The notes below the pieces were generated by a model. The model saw only the letters and a list, made by a program, of their open reading frames with translations, was not told where the DNA came from and did not search any database. From the NCBI GenBank assembly GCA_037137535.1, contig JBAXKC010000026.1:1-35914 (forward strand): 35,914 bases of DNA, given 5' to 3'. Position 1 is the stretch's first letter; each line of letters begins with the position of its first letter. Origin of the DNA: a bacterium. Lineage in GTDB: Bacteria; Cyanobacteriota; Vampirovibrionia; Gastranaerophilales; JBAXKC01. The translations under genes were made by a program, and so were the position numbers. Below are positions 28,190 through 35,914 of this stretch, piece by piece.

Positions 28190-28222
28190 AAAACATCCGA
28201 CTTTTTACAAATCGGATGTTTT
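28190..28222. terminator. Bidirectional terminator between convergent genes
   Basis: AAAACATCCGA...TCGGATGTTTT. Confidence 0.75.
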
Positions 28223-28243
28223 TTAATTTAAATAAGTATAAAT

Positions 28244-29455
28244 TTATTCTTGTATGCCTTCTAAGAAATTATAAGTTACTCCATAATATGGGTTTGCAGC
28301 AATCTGATCAGCTGTTAGACCTTCAATACCCTGACTTGTGTCTGATGAGATATGCATCTTTTCTTTTATATCTCTATTGACTTCATTTAAGTCGTCAGAT
28401 TCAGAATGATAAGCATTACCGCCAGCATTTACATCAACTACATATTTTCCGCCGTCATCTTGGAAGGCACTTGCCATTCTACCTAGTCCATCACCAGTAA
28501 CGGTAGCGCCTGCAGCTGTTGTGGCAAGACCTCCGGCTGTAGCTGCAATACCCACAGGAGCGCCAAGTCCGCTACCAATACCAACAGCACCTATTCCTGT
28601 CAAGGCAATGCCTGCACCTGTTGTAATTGCACCAACACTAGCTTCTGCTGCCCCCTGACCTAATGTAAACAATCTATCCGCTAATGTTTTTTGATTATCG
28701 TTTCTTCTATGAGTAATTACTGTGCCTTTATTTTCATCTCCCTCTTTCGCATTAGGAATTTTAAGTGTGCTATAAACTTTTCCCTTGTCATCATTCATAC
28801 TGGTTGCTGAGTATATAGTTTCTTCTTTTCCTTTATCGCTACTTTTTTTAGCTTTTATATTGACAACGTTAGAAGTTTTTTCATATTCTTCATCTTTAGG
28901 TATTCCAAACCAACCTGATCCTTTTCTAGTAGCTTTCTCTCTAGCTTGATTGAGAGTTATTTCATTCCAAGAATCATCTCCTGTTGGAACTTTAACAATA
29001 AAGCCTTTTCCATCTTTGCCTTTTTCAATTTTTATTTTACTAAGATCAGCATTAGGATCAGTAATTGGAACGTGATAATCAGCTCCGCCGGATTTCACCG
29101 TTAAAACTTTTTGTTGTTTGTTATTTACGTAAAAACCGGCATCAACGCCTTTTAAGTCTTTATGAATTTTTACTTTTAAATCTTCAGGCTTTACAGTATT
29201 TTTTTTAGACTCAGTATCACTCTTATTTGTAGTAGCTTTTTCTTCAGATTTTTCTGCTTTAGGTTTATCATTTTTTTTACTTGCTGCTGATTTGCTTGGT
29301 TCAGCAAGTTTATCTAAACCAAGAATTGAACCAGTTTTGTTATCACCAATTAAATCAAATATAGATTTTTCTTTTTTCTTTTCAGGCTCGAGAAAACTTA
29401 TTTTTTTCGTTTCTCCAAATGTTGATGTCGATGATATTCCGTTGAATGTAACCAT
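28244..29455 (-). CDS. Hypothetical Lys-rich protein with C-terminal Gly/Ala-rich hydrophobic (glycine-zipper-like) segment
   Basis: Start at ATG 29455 behind a GGGGGA RBS; GAAEASVGAITTGAGIALTGIGAVGIGSGLGAPVGIAATAGGLATTAAG segment. Confidence 0.75.
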   Translation of the reverse strand: MVTFNGISSTSTFGETKKISFLEPEKKKEKSIFDLIGDNKTGSILGLDKLAEPSKSAASKKNDKPKAEKSEEKATTNKSDTESKKNTVKPEDLKVKIHKDLKGVDAGFYVNNKQQKVLTVKSGGADYHVPITDPNADLSKIKIEKGKDGKGFIVKVPTGDDSWNEITLNQAREKATRKGSGWFGIPKDEEYEKTSNVVNIKAKKSSDKGKEETIYSATSMNDDKGKVYSTLKIPNAKEGDENKGTVITHRRNDNQKTLADRLFTLGQGAAEASVGAITTGAGIALTGIGAVGIGSGLGAPVGIAATAGGLATTAAGATVTGDGLGRMASAFQDDGGKYVVDVNAGGNAYHSESDDLNEVNRDIKEKMHISSDTSQGIEGLTADQIAANPYYGVTYNFLEGIQE

Positions 29456-29648
29456 ATTCTTATCCCCCAAGTTTAAATTCCCTATATATATATAAACAAT
29501 ATAATTACGATAGAATTGCTATATTAACCAGACATGTAAAGTTTTATTAATAATTAATTTAATAAATTAATAAATTTTTGATACCAATAGAAGTTTGTTA
29601 TCGGTATAATTTATAAATAGAGAAATACAAATAGATAGGACTATAAAA

Positions 29649-30920
29649 ATGACTCAACTATTATCAGCAAGAAACGGGCAATTAACCCCAGAAATGGCTT
29701 TAGTTGCAGAAAAAGAAAATATAGACCCACAAGTCTTAATGGAAAAAGTAGCTGAAGGAAAAATAGCTATTTTAAAAAACATTAACCATAAAAACGTAAT
29801 TCCTGTAGGAGTTGGCGAAGGTTTAACCGTTAAAATAAATGCAAATATCGGTACATCACACCAAAGAAGTACTTTAGGCGAAGAGCTTGATAAGTTAAAA
29901 GTAGTTATTGATACAGGTGCTGATGCTGTTATGGATTTGTCAACAGGCGCACATGTTGATGAAACAAGAAAAAACATAATCGAAGCATCAACAATTCCTG
30001 TAGGTACTGTTCCAGTATATCAAGCAGGAATAGAATCCATAAACTATGAAGGTTCAATTATGGAATTAACTAAAGATTCTATTTTTGAAGCTATCGAAAA
30101 ACATTGTCGTGGCGGTGTTGACTTTATTACAGTTCATTGCGGCGTAACTAAAAAAGTAGTAGATGCTTTAGACCAACAGGGCAGAGTAACCGGAATCGTC
30201 AGCAGAGGCGGCTCAATGCACGCTGCTTGGATTAAAGGACATAAACAAGAAAATCCGCTTTATGAATATTATGATGAACTACTTGACCTAGCTAAAACTT
30301 ATGATGCTACATTAAGCCTGGGCGATGGATTAAGACCTGGCTGTGGAGCTGATGCAGGTGATAGAGCACAAGTTATGGAAACAATAGTTCTTGGTGAACT
30401 TGTGAGCAGAGCAAGAAAAGTAGGCGTTCAAACAATGGTAGAAGGACCTGGACACGTTCCTTATAATCTTATTAAAGGTATGATGGAAACCATTAAATCA
30501 TTGACAAATGGCGCTCCGCTTTATGTTCTCGGACCATTAGTTACTGATATAGCCCCAGGTTATGATCATATTACTTCTGCAATAGGTGGAACGCTGGCTG
30601 CAGTTTCAGGAGCAGACTTCTTATGCTACGTAACACCAAGTGAACACTTAGGATTACCTAATATCGAGCAAGTAAGAGAAGGTATTATTGCCAGTAAAAT
30701 TGCTGCACACGCAGCTGACGTAGCAAAAGGGAACAAAAAAGCAATCGAAAGAGATCTTCAAATGTCTATTGCAAGATTTAATCTTGATTGGACAACTCAA
30801 GCAAAATACGCTCTTGATAAAGAAGTATTTGAAAAAATTGACGATGGAAAACCATGCACAATGTGCGGTGAGTTTTGCAGTATGAAACTTATGAAAGAGT
30901 GTGTCTCAGCTCATCATTAA
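29649..30920 (+). CDS. thiC: Phosphomethylpyrimidine synthase (ThiC family radical SAM)
   Basis: KINANIGTS, MDLSTG, GTVPVYQ, VSRGGS, LGDGLRPG, EGPGH, PGYDHI and C-terminal CTMCGEFC. Confidence 0.88.
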   Translation: MTQLLSARNGQLTPEMALVAEKENIDPQVLMEKVAEGKIAILKNINHKNVIPVGVGEGLTVKINANIGTSHQRSTLGEELDKLKVVIDTGADAVMDLSTGAHVDETRKNIIEASTIPVGTVPVYQAGIESINYEGSIMELTKDSIFEAIEKHCRGGVDFITVHCGVTKKVVDALDQQGRVTGIVSRGGSMHAAWIKGHKQENPLYEYYDELLDLAKTYDATLSLGDGLRPGCGADAGDRAQVMETIVLGELVSRARKVGVQTMVEGPGHVPYNLIKGMMETIKSLTNGAPLYVLGPLVTDIAPGYDHITSAIGGTLAAVSGADFLCYVTPSEHLGLPNIEQVREGIIASKIAAHAADVAKGNKKAIERDLQMSIARFNLDWTTQAKYALDKEVFEKIDDGKPCTMCGEFCSMKLMKECVSAHH

Positions 30921-31040
30921 TCAACAGATGACTATACACCGTTTAACTATCGTTACAATTTTTACACTAAGGTAGTTTAAAAATATTGTTTGTGATAACT
31001 TAATCTTACTCATGTAAGGGTTATAAAAAAAGGAAAAACT

Positions 31041-32093
31041 ATGACTTACAAGTACGAATTAGGCAAAAAGCATATAGCTTGCAAAAATAATGCAAATACA
31101 GATATTGTTGAATCAAACGGTTCAATTATAGATATGATGAGCAGAGGCTATGGGGTTATTCCTTCAGCTGAAGCAAAATATGAAGATTATCTTGGATTAA
31201 CAGTTGTTACAGAAGAAATTGCTAAGATTAATCCTGAAGTTGCAGCAGTTTTGGCTGATTTAGCAGTAGCAAGAGAAATTTTAACCAGATACGGAAATGC
31301 ACAGGGTAAAGAACTTGCTTCAGCTAATGAAGTAATTGCTGTTATCTGTTCAGAACCTGGTATTACCAGCCTTAATTCTGTTTCTGCAACACTTGTTAAG
31401 TCAGAAAACGGTTATACTTTAAACGGTAAAAAACTTGTTTCTTCTGAGCAAATGAATTCTGATAAATTCATTGTTTTAGCAAAAGATGAGAATGAAAAAA
31501 TTCAATTAGTTTGCTTAACTAAAGAACAGTTCAATATTGTTGGAGTAACCAAAAAAGTTGCAGGCAAAAATGTTTTATTAAATCAAGCTGTTGTTGAAAC
31601 TTCAATTACAGAAGCACAACTTGTTGGTTCGATAAATGATGATTTTGAAGCAGTTCTTTCAATTGCAAGAACTTTAATTGCAGCTGTTGCTATTGGTATT
31701 GGACATAGTGCTATCGTTAGTTCTATTCAAACAGCAAAAGAAGTTAAAGGTGCTGAAAACAGACTTGCATTATCAAATACTCAAAGTTTACAGTTTACTT
31801 TAGCTGATATGTTTACTGAAGTTGAAGCAGGAAGAATGTTAGCGTACTTTAGTGCTGATACTATTGATAAAGCTAAACCTAACGTGAAATATGCAACAAT
31901 GGCTAAAATTCAAGCAAGTGATGCTGCTGCTGCTGTTTCAGTTCAAGCTCTTCAAATATTAGGAAATCTTGGTTACTTAGGTAACAATGAATTTGCTGAT
32001 GTTATTATGTCTGCTGTTAATTGTCAGGTTAAAGGCGGAACAAACAGAGTTCAAAAAAATCAATTATATAAATATTTGTTAGCTAAAAAATAG
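31041..32093 (+). CDS. Divergent acyl-CoA dehydrogenase-like protein lacking the catalytic Glu
   Basis: SEPG, LNGKK, QFTLADM, ATMAK, LQILGNLGY; QVKGGTNRVQK in place of QIYEGTNxxQR. Confidence 0.8.
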   Translation: MTYKYELGKKHIACKNNANTDIVESNGSIIDMMSRGYGVIPSAEAKYEDYLGLTVVTEEIAKINPEVAAVLADLAVAREILTRYGNAQGKELASANEVIAVICSEPGITSLNSVSATLVKSENGYTLNGKKLVSSEQMNSDKFIVLAKDENEKIQLVCLTKEQFNIVGVTKKVAGKNVLLNQAVVETSITEAQLVGSINDDFEAVLSIARTLIAAVAIGIGHSAIVSSIQTAKEVKGAENRLALSNTQSLQFTLADMFTEVEAGRMLAYFSADTIDKAKPNVKYATMAKIQASDAAAAVSVQALQILGNLGYLGNNEFADVIMSAVNCQVKGGTNRVQKNQLYKYLLAKK

Positions 32094-32101
32094 AGATTAA
32101 A

Positions 32102-33232
32102 ATGAACAAAATCGATACCATCCTGAAAAAAACAATTGAAACAAATTACAGATTATCCGTTGATGACACTAAAATGTTATTTGACACACAGGATGAGAAC
32201 GAAATAAATGCAATTAAACTTGCAGCAAATAATTTACGATATAATATAGCTGGCGATAAAGTCAGCTATATTCGTAATTTGAATGTTAATTTCACAAATA
32301 TTTGTGATGCAGTTTGTTTATTTTGCGGATTTAGACGTTCTGAATCTGAGTCGGATAGTTATGTTATTAATTTAGATGAGTTTGAACAAACATTATTTAA
32401 TGCCAAAAAATCAGGTGTTAATGAAGTTTGTCTTCAAGGCGGATTACATTCAAATTTAAAAATAAACGGACTTAAATCAACTAATTTGCTCGGTATGTAT
32501 GGTGAATTATTATCGTGGGTAAAAGAAAAACATTCTGATATACACATGCATGCTTATTCACCGGAAGAAATAGAGTTTCTATCAATAATTTCTGATAAAG
32601 ACATTAAATATGTTCTTGAATATTTAAAAGACCATGGTCTTGATTCAATGCCGGGAACAGCGGCTGAAATTCTTGTTGATGATGTTAGAAAGAAAATATG
32701 TTCCAAAAAACTTAATACTAAAAGATGGAAAGAAGTAATTATTCAAGCTCATAAACTTGATATTCCAAGCACTTGCACTATAATGTTCGGACATATTGAA
32801 AATAATTATCATAGAGCTCAACATTTAGCAGAACTTAGGCAAATACAGGATTTAACAGGCGGTTTTACCGAATTTATTCCGTTACCGTTTATCGCAAATA
32901 AAACTTTGCTAAATCAAAAAGTTAATGTACTTAAGTCAAAAGACAGATTAAAAATGCTGGCAATTAGCCGATTATTCTTTAAAAACAGCATTAATAATAT
33001 TCAATCAAGCTGGGTAAAGCAAGGAATGGAAGAAACGGCTGAATCTCTTGATTGGGGAGTAAATGACATTGGTGGAACTTTAGGTGACGAAAAAATCACT
33101 CATGCGGCCGGAGGAACATTTGGAAGAGGTGTTACAGCTGATGAACTTATTGATTTAATTAAATCAAAAGACAGAACTCCTATTGAACGTGATACCTTAT
33201 ATAAACCTATTCCCGCAAAAATCAATTGCTAA
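32102..33232 (+). CDS. cofH: CofH-like radical SAM (FO synthase subunit 2; CofH/MqnC family)
   Basis: NVNFTNICDAVCLFCGF (CX3CX2C), CLQGG, SMPGTAAEIL, TIMFGH, GGFTEFIPLPF, NIQSSWVK and NDIGGTL motifs. Confidence 0.75.
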   Translation: MNKIDTILKKTIETNYRLSVDDTKMLFDTQDENEINAIKLAANNLRYNIAGDKVSYIRNLNVNFTNICDAVCLFCGFRRSESESDSYVINLDEFEQTLFNAKKSGVNEVCLQGGLHSNLKINGLKSTNLLGMYGELLSWVKEKHSDIHMHAYSPEEIEFLSIISDKDIKYVLEYLKDHGLDSMPGTAAEILVDDVRKKICSKKLNTKRWKEVIIQAHKLDIPSTCTIMFGHIENNYHRAQHLAELRQIQDLTGGFTEFIPLPFIANKTLLNQKVNVLKSKDRLKMLAISRLFFKNSINNIQSSWVKQGMEETAESLDWGVNDIGGTLGDEKITHAAGGTFGRGVTADELIDLIKSKDRTPIERDTLYKPIPAKINC

Positions 33233-33252
33233 TTTATAGTCTAATATTATAA

Positions 33253-33289
33253 AAAATCCCATTATCTCTTAAAGAAATAATGGGATTTT
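33253..33289. terminator. Bidirectional terminator
   Basis: AAAATCCCATTAT...ATAATGGGATTTT. Confidence 0.75.
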
Positions 33290-33304
33290 GATAATTATTT
33301 AAAA

Positions 33305-33685
33305 TTATTTTGATAATAGTTCAAGTAATTTATTTCTTTGTTCTGTAGTTAAAACCTCTCTTTTTGCAATAAAATTTTCCATTGCTGCAAGTTGCAATTG
33401 CGATTCAGAAGAAATTACTCTTTTACTGGCTTCACGAATTTCTTGAGAAGAAGCATTTGCATTTTCAAGAGTTTTATTTAATTGTTCCTGTTCTTCTTTT
33501 ATTTTGGGAATAACATCCTTACTTGAATTATGCCATTGTGCATCTAATGCACCAACTTTTTGCATTTGGTCTTCATTTAAGCCTAATGATGTCCAGTCAA
33601 TTGTCGGCGCAGCTTTACAGCTACCACCTATACCGACTAATAATACAAATAGAGCTAATGAAATAAACCCCTTAACTTTTGTCAT
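33305..33685 (-). CDS. Spy/CpxP-family periplasmic chaperone (LTxxQ protein)
   Basis: Signal peptide; LGLNEDQ and VLTTEQR motifs. Confidence 0.85.
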   Translation of the reverse strand: MTKVKGFISLALFVLLVGIGGSCKAAPTIDWTSLGLNEDQMQKVGALDAQWHNSSKDVIPKIKEEQEQLNKTLENANASSQEIREASKRVISSESQLQLAAMENFIAKREVLTTEQRNKLLELLSK

Positions 33686-33701
33686 TGAAACCTCCTAATC
33701 T

Positions 33702-34427
33702 TCACTTTTTTCTGATACTCACCGAGAATATTTTGCCGTACGCTTGTATTATTTGAGTTTGATATAACTTTGTAGATTTTATTATTTTATTTTCATAATT
33801 ATTAATTATCGTTAAAAAGCATAATGTTAAAATAACAATAAATAGAGCTAATCCAGCGATAGTTTTTGTTATTTTAAATTTCAATATAGAAAAAGTTGAG
33901 TTATTTTTATTTTGTAGATACTTATTGTATTCTTCAATTGAGGTACGTTGAAAGTAATCATTTAACAATAAACTGGTCATCTTTAAGTTTTCATAATCTC
34001 TTTGACAACTTTTGCAATTATTTATATGAGTTTTAATTGTTACCGCATCTTCATCAGAAATTTCATTATCAATAAACGAAGAAAGCTTATTATTTACTTT
34101 TTTACATTCATTTAAAATTTTTGCATTTATGAGTTTCAGAGGTACATAATTTAATGAATTATATGATGAATTTATAATATTACTTAGTTTTTTTAGTTCT
34201 GAATACTTAGATTCACATTTTTTACATATTTTCAGGTGCTCTTTAATTATATTAAAGTGTTCAGTATCTACTTCATTATCAAAATAAGAAGAAAGGCTCT
34301 CTTCGATAATTTCACAAGTATCTGTAAGCATAATATTTTGGGATTTATTAATATTTTTTTTATTGAAAGTTTTGTTAACAGATTTGAAAAATTTAAAATC
34401 TATTATTTTATTTTCAAAGTTCTTCAT
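33702..34427 (-). CDS. Anti-sigma factor with two zinc-binding (ZAS/zf-HC2) domains and a TM helix
   Basis: C...LSSYFDNE...HLKICKKC and C...LSSFIDNE...HINNCKSC; C-terminal hydrophobic helix. Confidence 0.88.
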   Translation of the reverse strand: MKNFENKIIDFKFFKSVNKTFNKKNINKSQNIMLTDTCEIIEESLSSYFDNEVDTEHFNIIKEHLKICKKCESKYSELKKLSNIINSSYNSLNYVPLKLINAKILNECKKVNNKLSSFIDNEISDEDAVTIKTHINNCKSCQRDYENLKMTSLLLNDYFQRTSIEEYNKYLQNKNNSTFSILKFKITKTIAGLALFIVILTLCFLTIINNYENKIIKSTKLYQTQIIQAYGKIFSVSIRKK

Positions 34428-34439
34428 TATCGCCCTTTC

Positions 34440-35054
34440 TTATTGAAGATATGGTCTTATTTCATCTTGAAGTTTTGCTCTCGCTCTTGCCAGCCGTGAT
34501 TTTACCGTTCCAATGTTTGTATTAGTCAGTCTAGAGATTTCTTCATAACTTAAGCCCTGTAATTCCCTTAGGACGATGACTATTTTAAATTGTTCCGGCA
34601 AATTCTTAATTGATTGCCGTATTTTAGTATCAAGTTCACTACCTAATACATCTTCCTCAGGGATTCTCGCAATATCAGGAATATCTTTAGTAGGCATTCC
34701 TGTAGTATTATCACTTTCAAAGCTAGGTGCATCCATTGAAATTGCAGAAATACGTCTGCTTTTTTTTCTCAATTCATCATAGAATAAATTAGTAATTATT
34801 TGATTAAGCCAAAATTTAAATGTAGCAGGATTTTTTAGGTTTTTTATTGCTCTTGCCATTCTAAATAAGACTTCTTGCGCTAAATCTGCAATATCAGCCC
34901 TATCTGGATCTAAATGATATAATGTGGCATATACAGTTTTTTCATTTCTTCTGATTAATTCATCTATAGCTAATTTATTATCAACTTTGCATTTTTCAAT
35001 AAGCTCATATAAAGGCATATTTTGATATATTTCTTTATTTTCATTATTACTCAA
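34440..35054 (-). CDS. ECF sigma factor (RpoE/SigG-like)
   Basis: DLAQEV, FKFWLNQI, NLFYDELRK and LRELQGLSYEEI...GTVKSRLARAR motifs. Confidence 0.93.
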   Translation of the reverse strand: MSNNENKEIYQNMPLYELIEKCKVDNKLAIDELIRRNEKTVYATLYHLDPDRADIADLAQEVLFRMARAIKNLKNPATFKFWLNQIITNLFYDELRKKSRRISAISMDAPSFESDNTTGMPTKDIPDIARIPEEDVLGSELDTKIRQSIKNLPEQFKIVIVLRELQGLSYEEISRLTNTNIGTVKSRLARARAKLQDEIRPYLQ

Positions 35055-35214
35055 AGCCCCATCCTCTTATTTAACTGGATCAATTTAACAGCTATGATGA
35101 TTATAAACATATAATTATTGTTCGTCCCGACCGATGTAGGCTATTATTGATAAATTCTCGACTAAGAAATAATAATTAACTATGCTAAGTTATTTAAATT
35201 TAAAATTAAAAGGA

Positions 35215-35254
35215 TTGACAATAATTCATTGTTAAATAATAATGGTTATTATTT
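35215..35254 (+). promoter_or_regulatory. Promoter with overlapping Fur/Per-box-like palindrome (probable autoregulation)
   Basis: TTGACA at 35215-35220; perfect 9-3-9 palindrome AAATAATAA-TGG-TTATTATTT at 35234-35254. Confidence 0.6.
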
Positions 35255-35272
35255 GATATTGGTTGTATATTT

Positions 35273-35686
35273 ATGTTTTTATTAGAAGATTATATAAAAG
35301 CTTTTAGAGCTAATTCCATTAAGATTACGCCTCAACGACTGGCGATATTTAATTTGCTTGTAGGAAATACAAGTCACCCGTCAGCTGATGATCTTTATAA
35401 AGAAGTATTGAAAATTCAGCCTAGTATTTCTTTTGCAACAGTTTATAATACGTTGGACAAGCTTGTAGAGCTTGGACTTCTGCAAAAGTTAGACATTGAC
35501 GATGAAAAAAAACATTATGATCCTGATTTATCAATTCATCATCATTTTTTATGTAAAGCATGTAAGCAAATCATTGATATTTTTGAGAATTTCAATGTAA
35601 ATATTCAACCTGCTTCATTAAATATTTCCAGCCTTGAAAGCTATCAGGTTAATTTTTACGGCAAATGCGAGAATTGTTCCGCATAA
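35273..35686 (+). CDS. perR: Fur-family regulator, PerR-like
   Basis: KITPQRLAI, HPSAD, ISFATVYNTL, YD...HHHFLCKAC...D and GKCENC motifs. Confidence 0.8.
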   Translation: MFLLEDYIKAFRANSIKITPQRLAIFNLLVGNTSHPSADDLYKEVLKIQPSISFATVYNTLDKLVELGLLQKLDIDDEKKHYDPDLSIHHHFLCKACKQIIDIFENFNVNIQPASLNISSLESYQVNFYGKCENCSA

Positions 35687-35707
35687 CTATAAAAAGGACA
35701 AAGTCTT

Positions 35708-35836
35708 TTGACAGAATCTTTAAAAAATTTCAGATGCCTAAGTTGTGGCTACATTGTTGTAGCTTATGAAATGCCTGATGTTTGCCCTGATTGTAGGAGT
35801 GAACGCTTTAAAATTATAGATATAGAAGATAAATAA
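35708..35836 (+). CDS. Unannotated 42-aa rubredoxin-like protein MTESLKNFRCLSCGYIVVAYEMPDVCPDCRSERFKIIDIEDK
   Basis: AAAGGA RBS, TTG start, CxxCGY...PxxCPxC...F signature; 21 nt after the perR stop. Confidence 0.75.
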   Translation: MTESLKNFRCLSCGYIVVAYEMPDVCPDCRSERFKIIDIEDK

Positions 35837-35914
35837 CGCAAAAAAAAATCCTGATTAATCGGGTTCTTAACAAACTTTCCTGATTCAGATAGAAATTAAA
35901 TTTACACAATAAGT

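Noticed and set aside
30951-30966. CRP/NtcA-like site CGTTA-N6-TTACA upstream of the degenerate ACAD
   Set aside because: Weak match that is easily produced by chance in such AT-rich DNA.
3837-34782. Short ORFs nested in or antisense to larger genes (e.g. 3837-4019, 7152-7454, 10088-10300, 13541-13735, 14739-15056, 17228-17697, 21182-21458, 22617-23258, 29292-29977, 33504-34782)
   Set aside because: Shadow frames of well-supported genes, with no recognisable motifs.
1-35914. CRISPR array, cas genes or rRNA
   Set aside because: No regularly spaced repeats, cas motifs or rRNA-like sequence seen.

Overview
AT-rich bacterial chromosomal window. The cyanobacteria-like PurA, ECF sigma, CofH and NTF2-like proteins, with no photosynthesis genes in the window, suggest a non-photosynthetic Melainabacteria/Vampirovibrionia-type organism (inference). 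It opens with the terminal end of an IS3-like element that truncates a WecB/TagA glycosyltransferase, followed by a GT4 gene. Next is a minus-strand cluster: an unannotated Cys/Met-rich 27-aa uORF, a membrane protein, an OpuC/OsmF-type ABC importer, a polyferredoxin-like protein and a MetY-like sulfhydrylase. A second, tightly coupled minus-strand operon encodes lysine 2,3-aminomutase, two Ddl-like ATP-grasp ligases and an ABC-2 exporter; this is the best candidate for an undescribed beta-lysine peptide biosynthesis/export system. The rest contains an IS4/IS701-like element, a canonical acyl-CoA dehydrogenase, lspA-rluD, purA, two identical tRNA-Lys(UUU) genes with duplicated promoters flanking an orphan gene, a DegT aminotransferase, two orphan effector-like proteins, thiC, a catalytically degenerate acyl-CoA dehydrogenase next to a cofH-like gene, an ECF sigma/double-ZAS anti-sigma/Spy operon, and a PerR/Fur regulator followed by an unannotated 42-aa rubredoxin-like ORF. 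All calls come from motif recognition only; no database searches were run.
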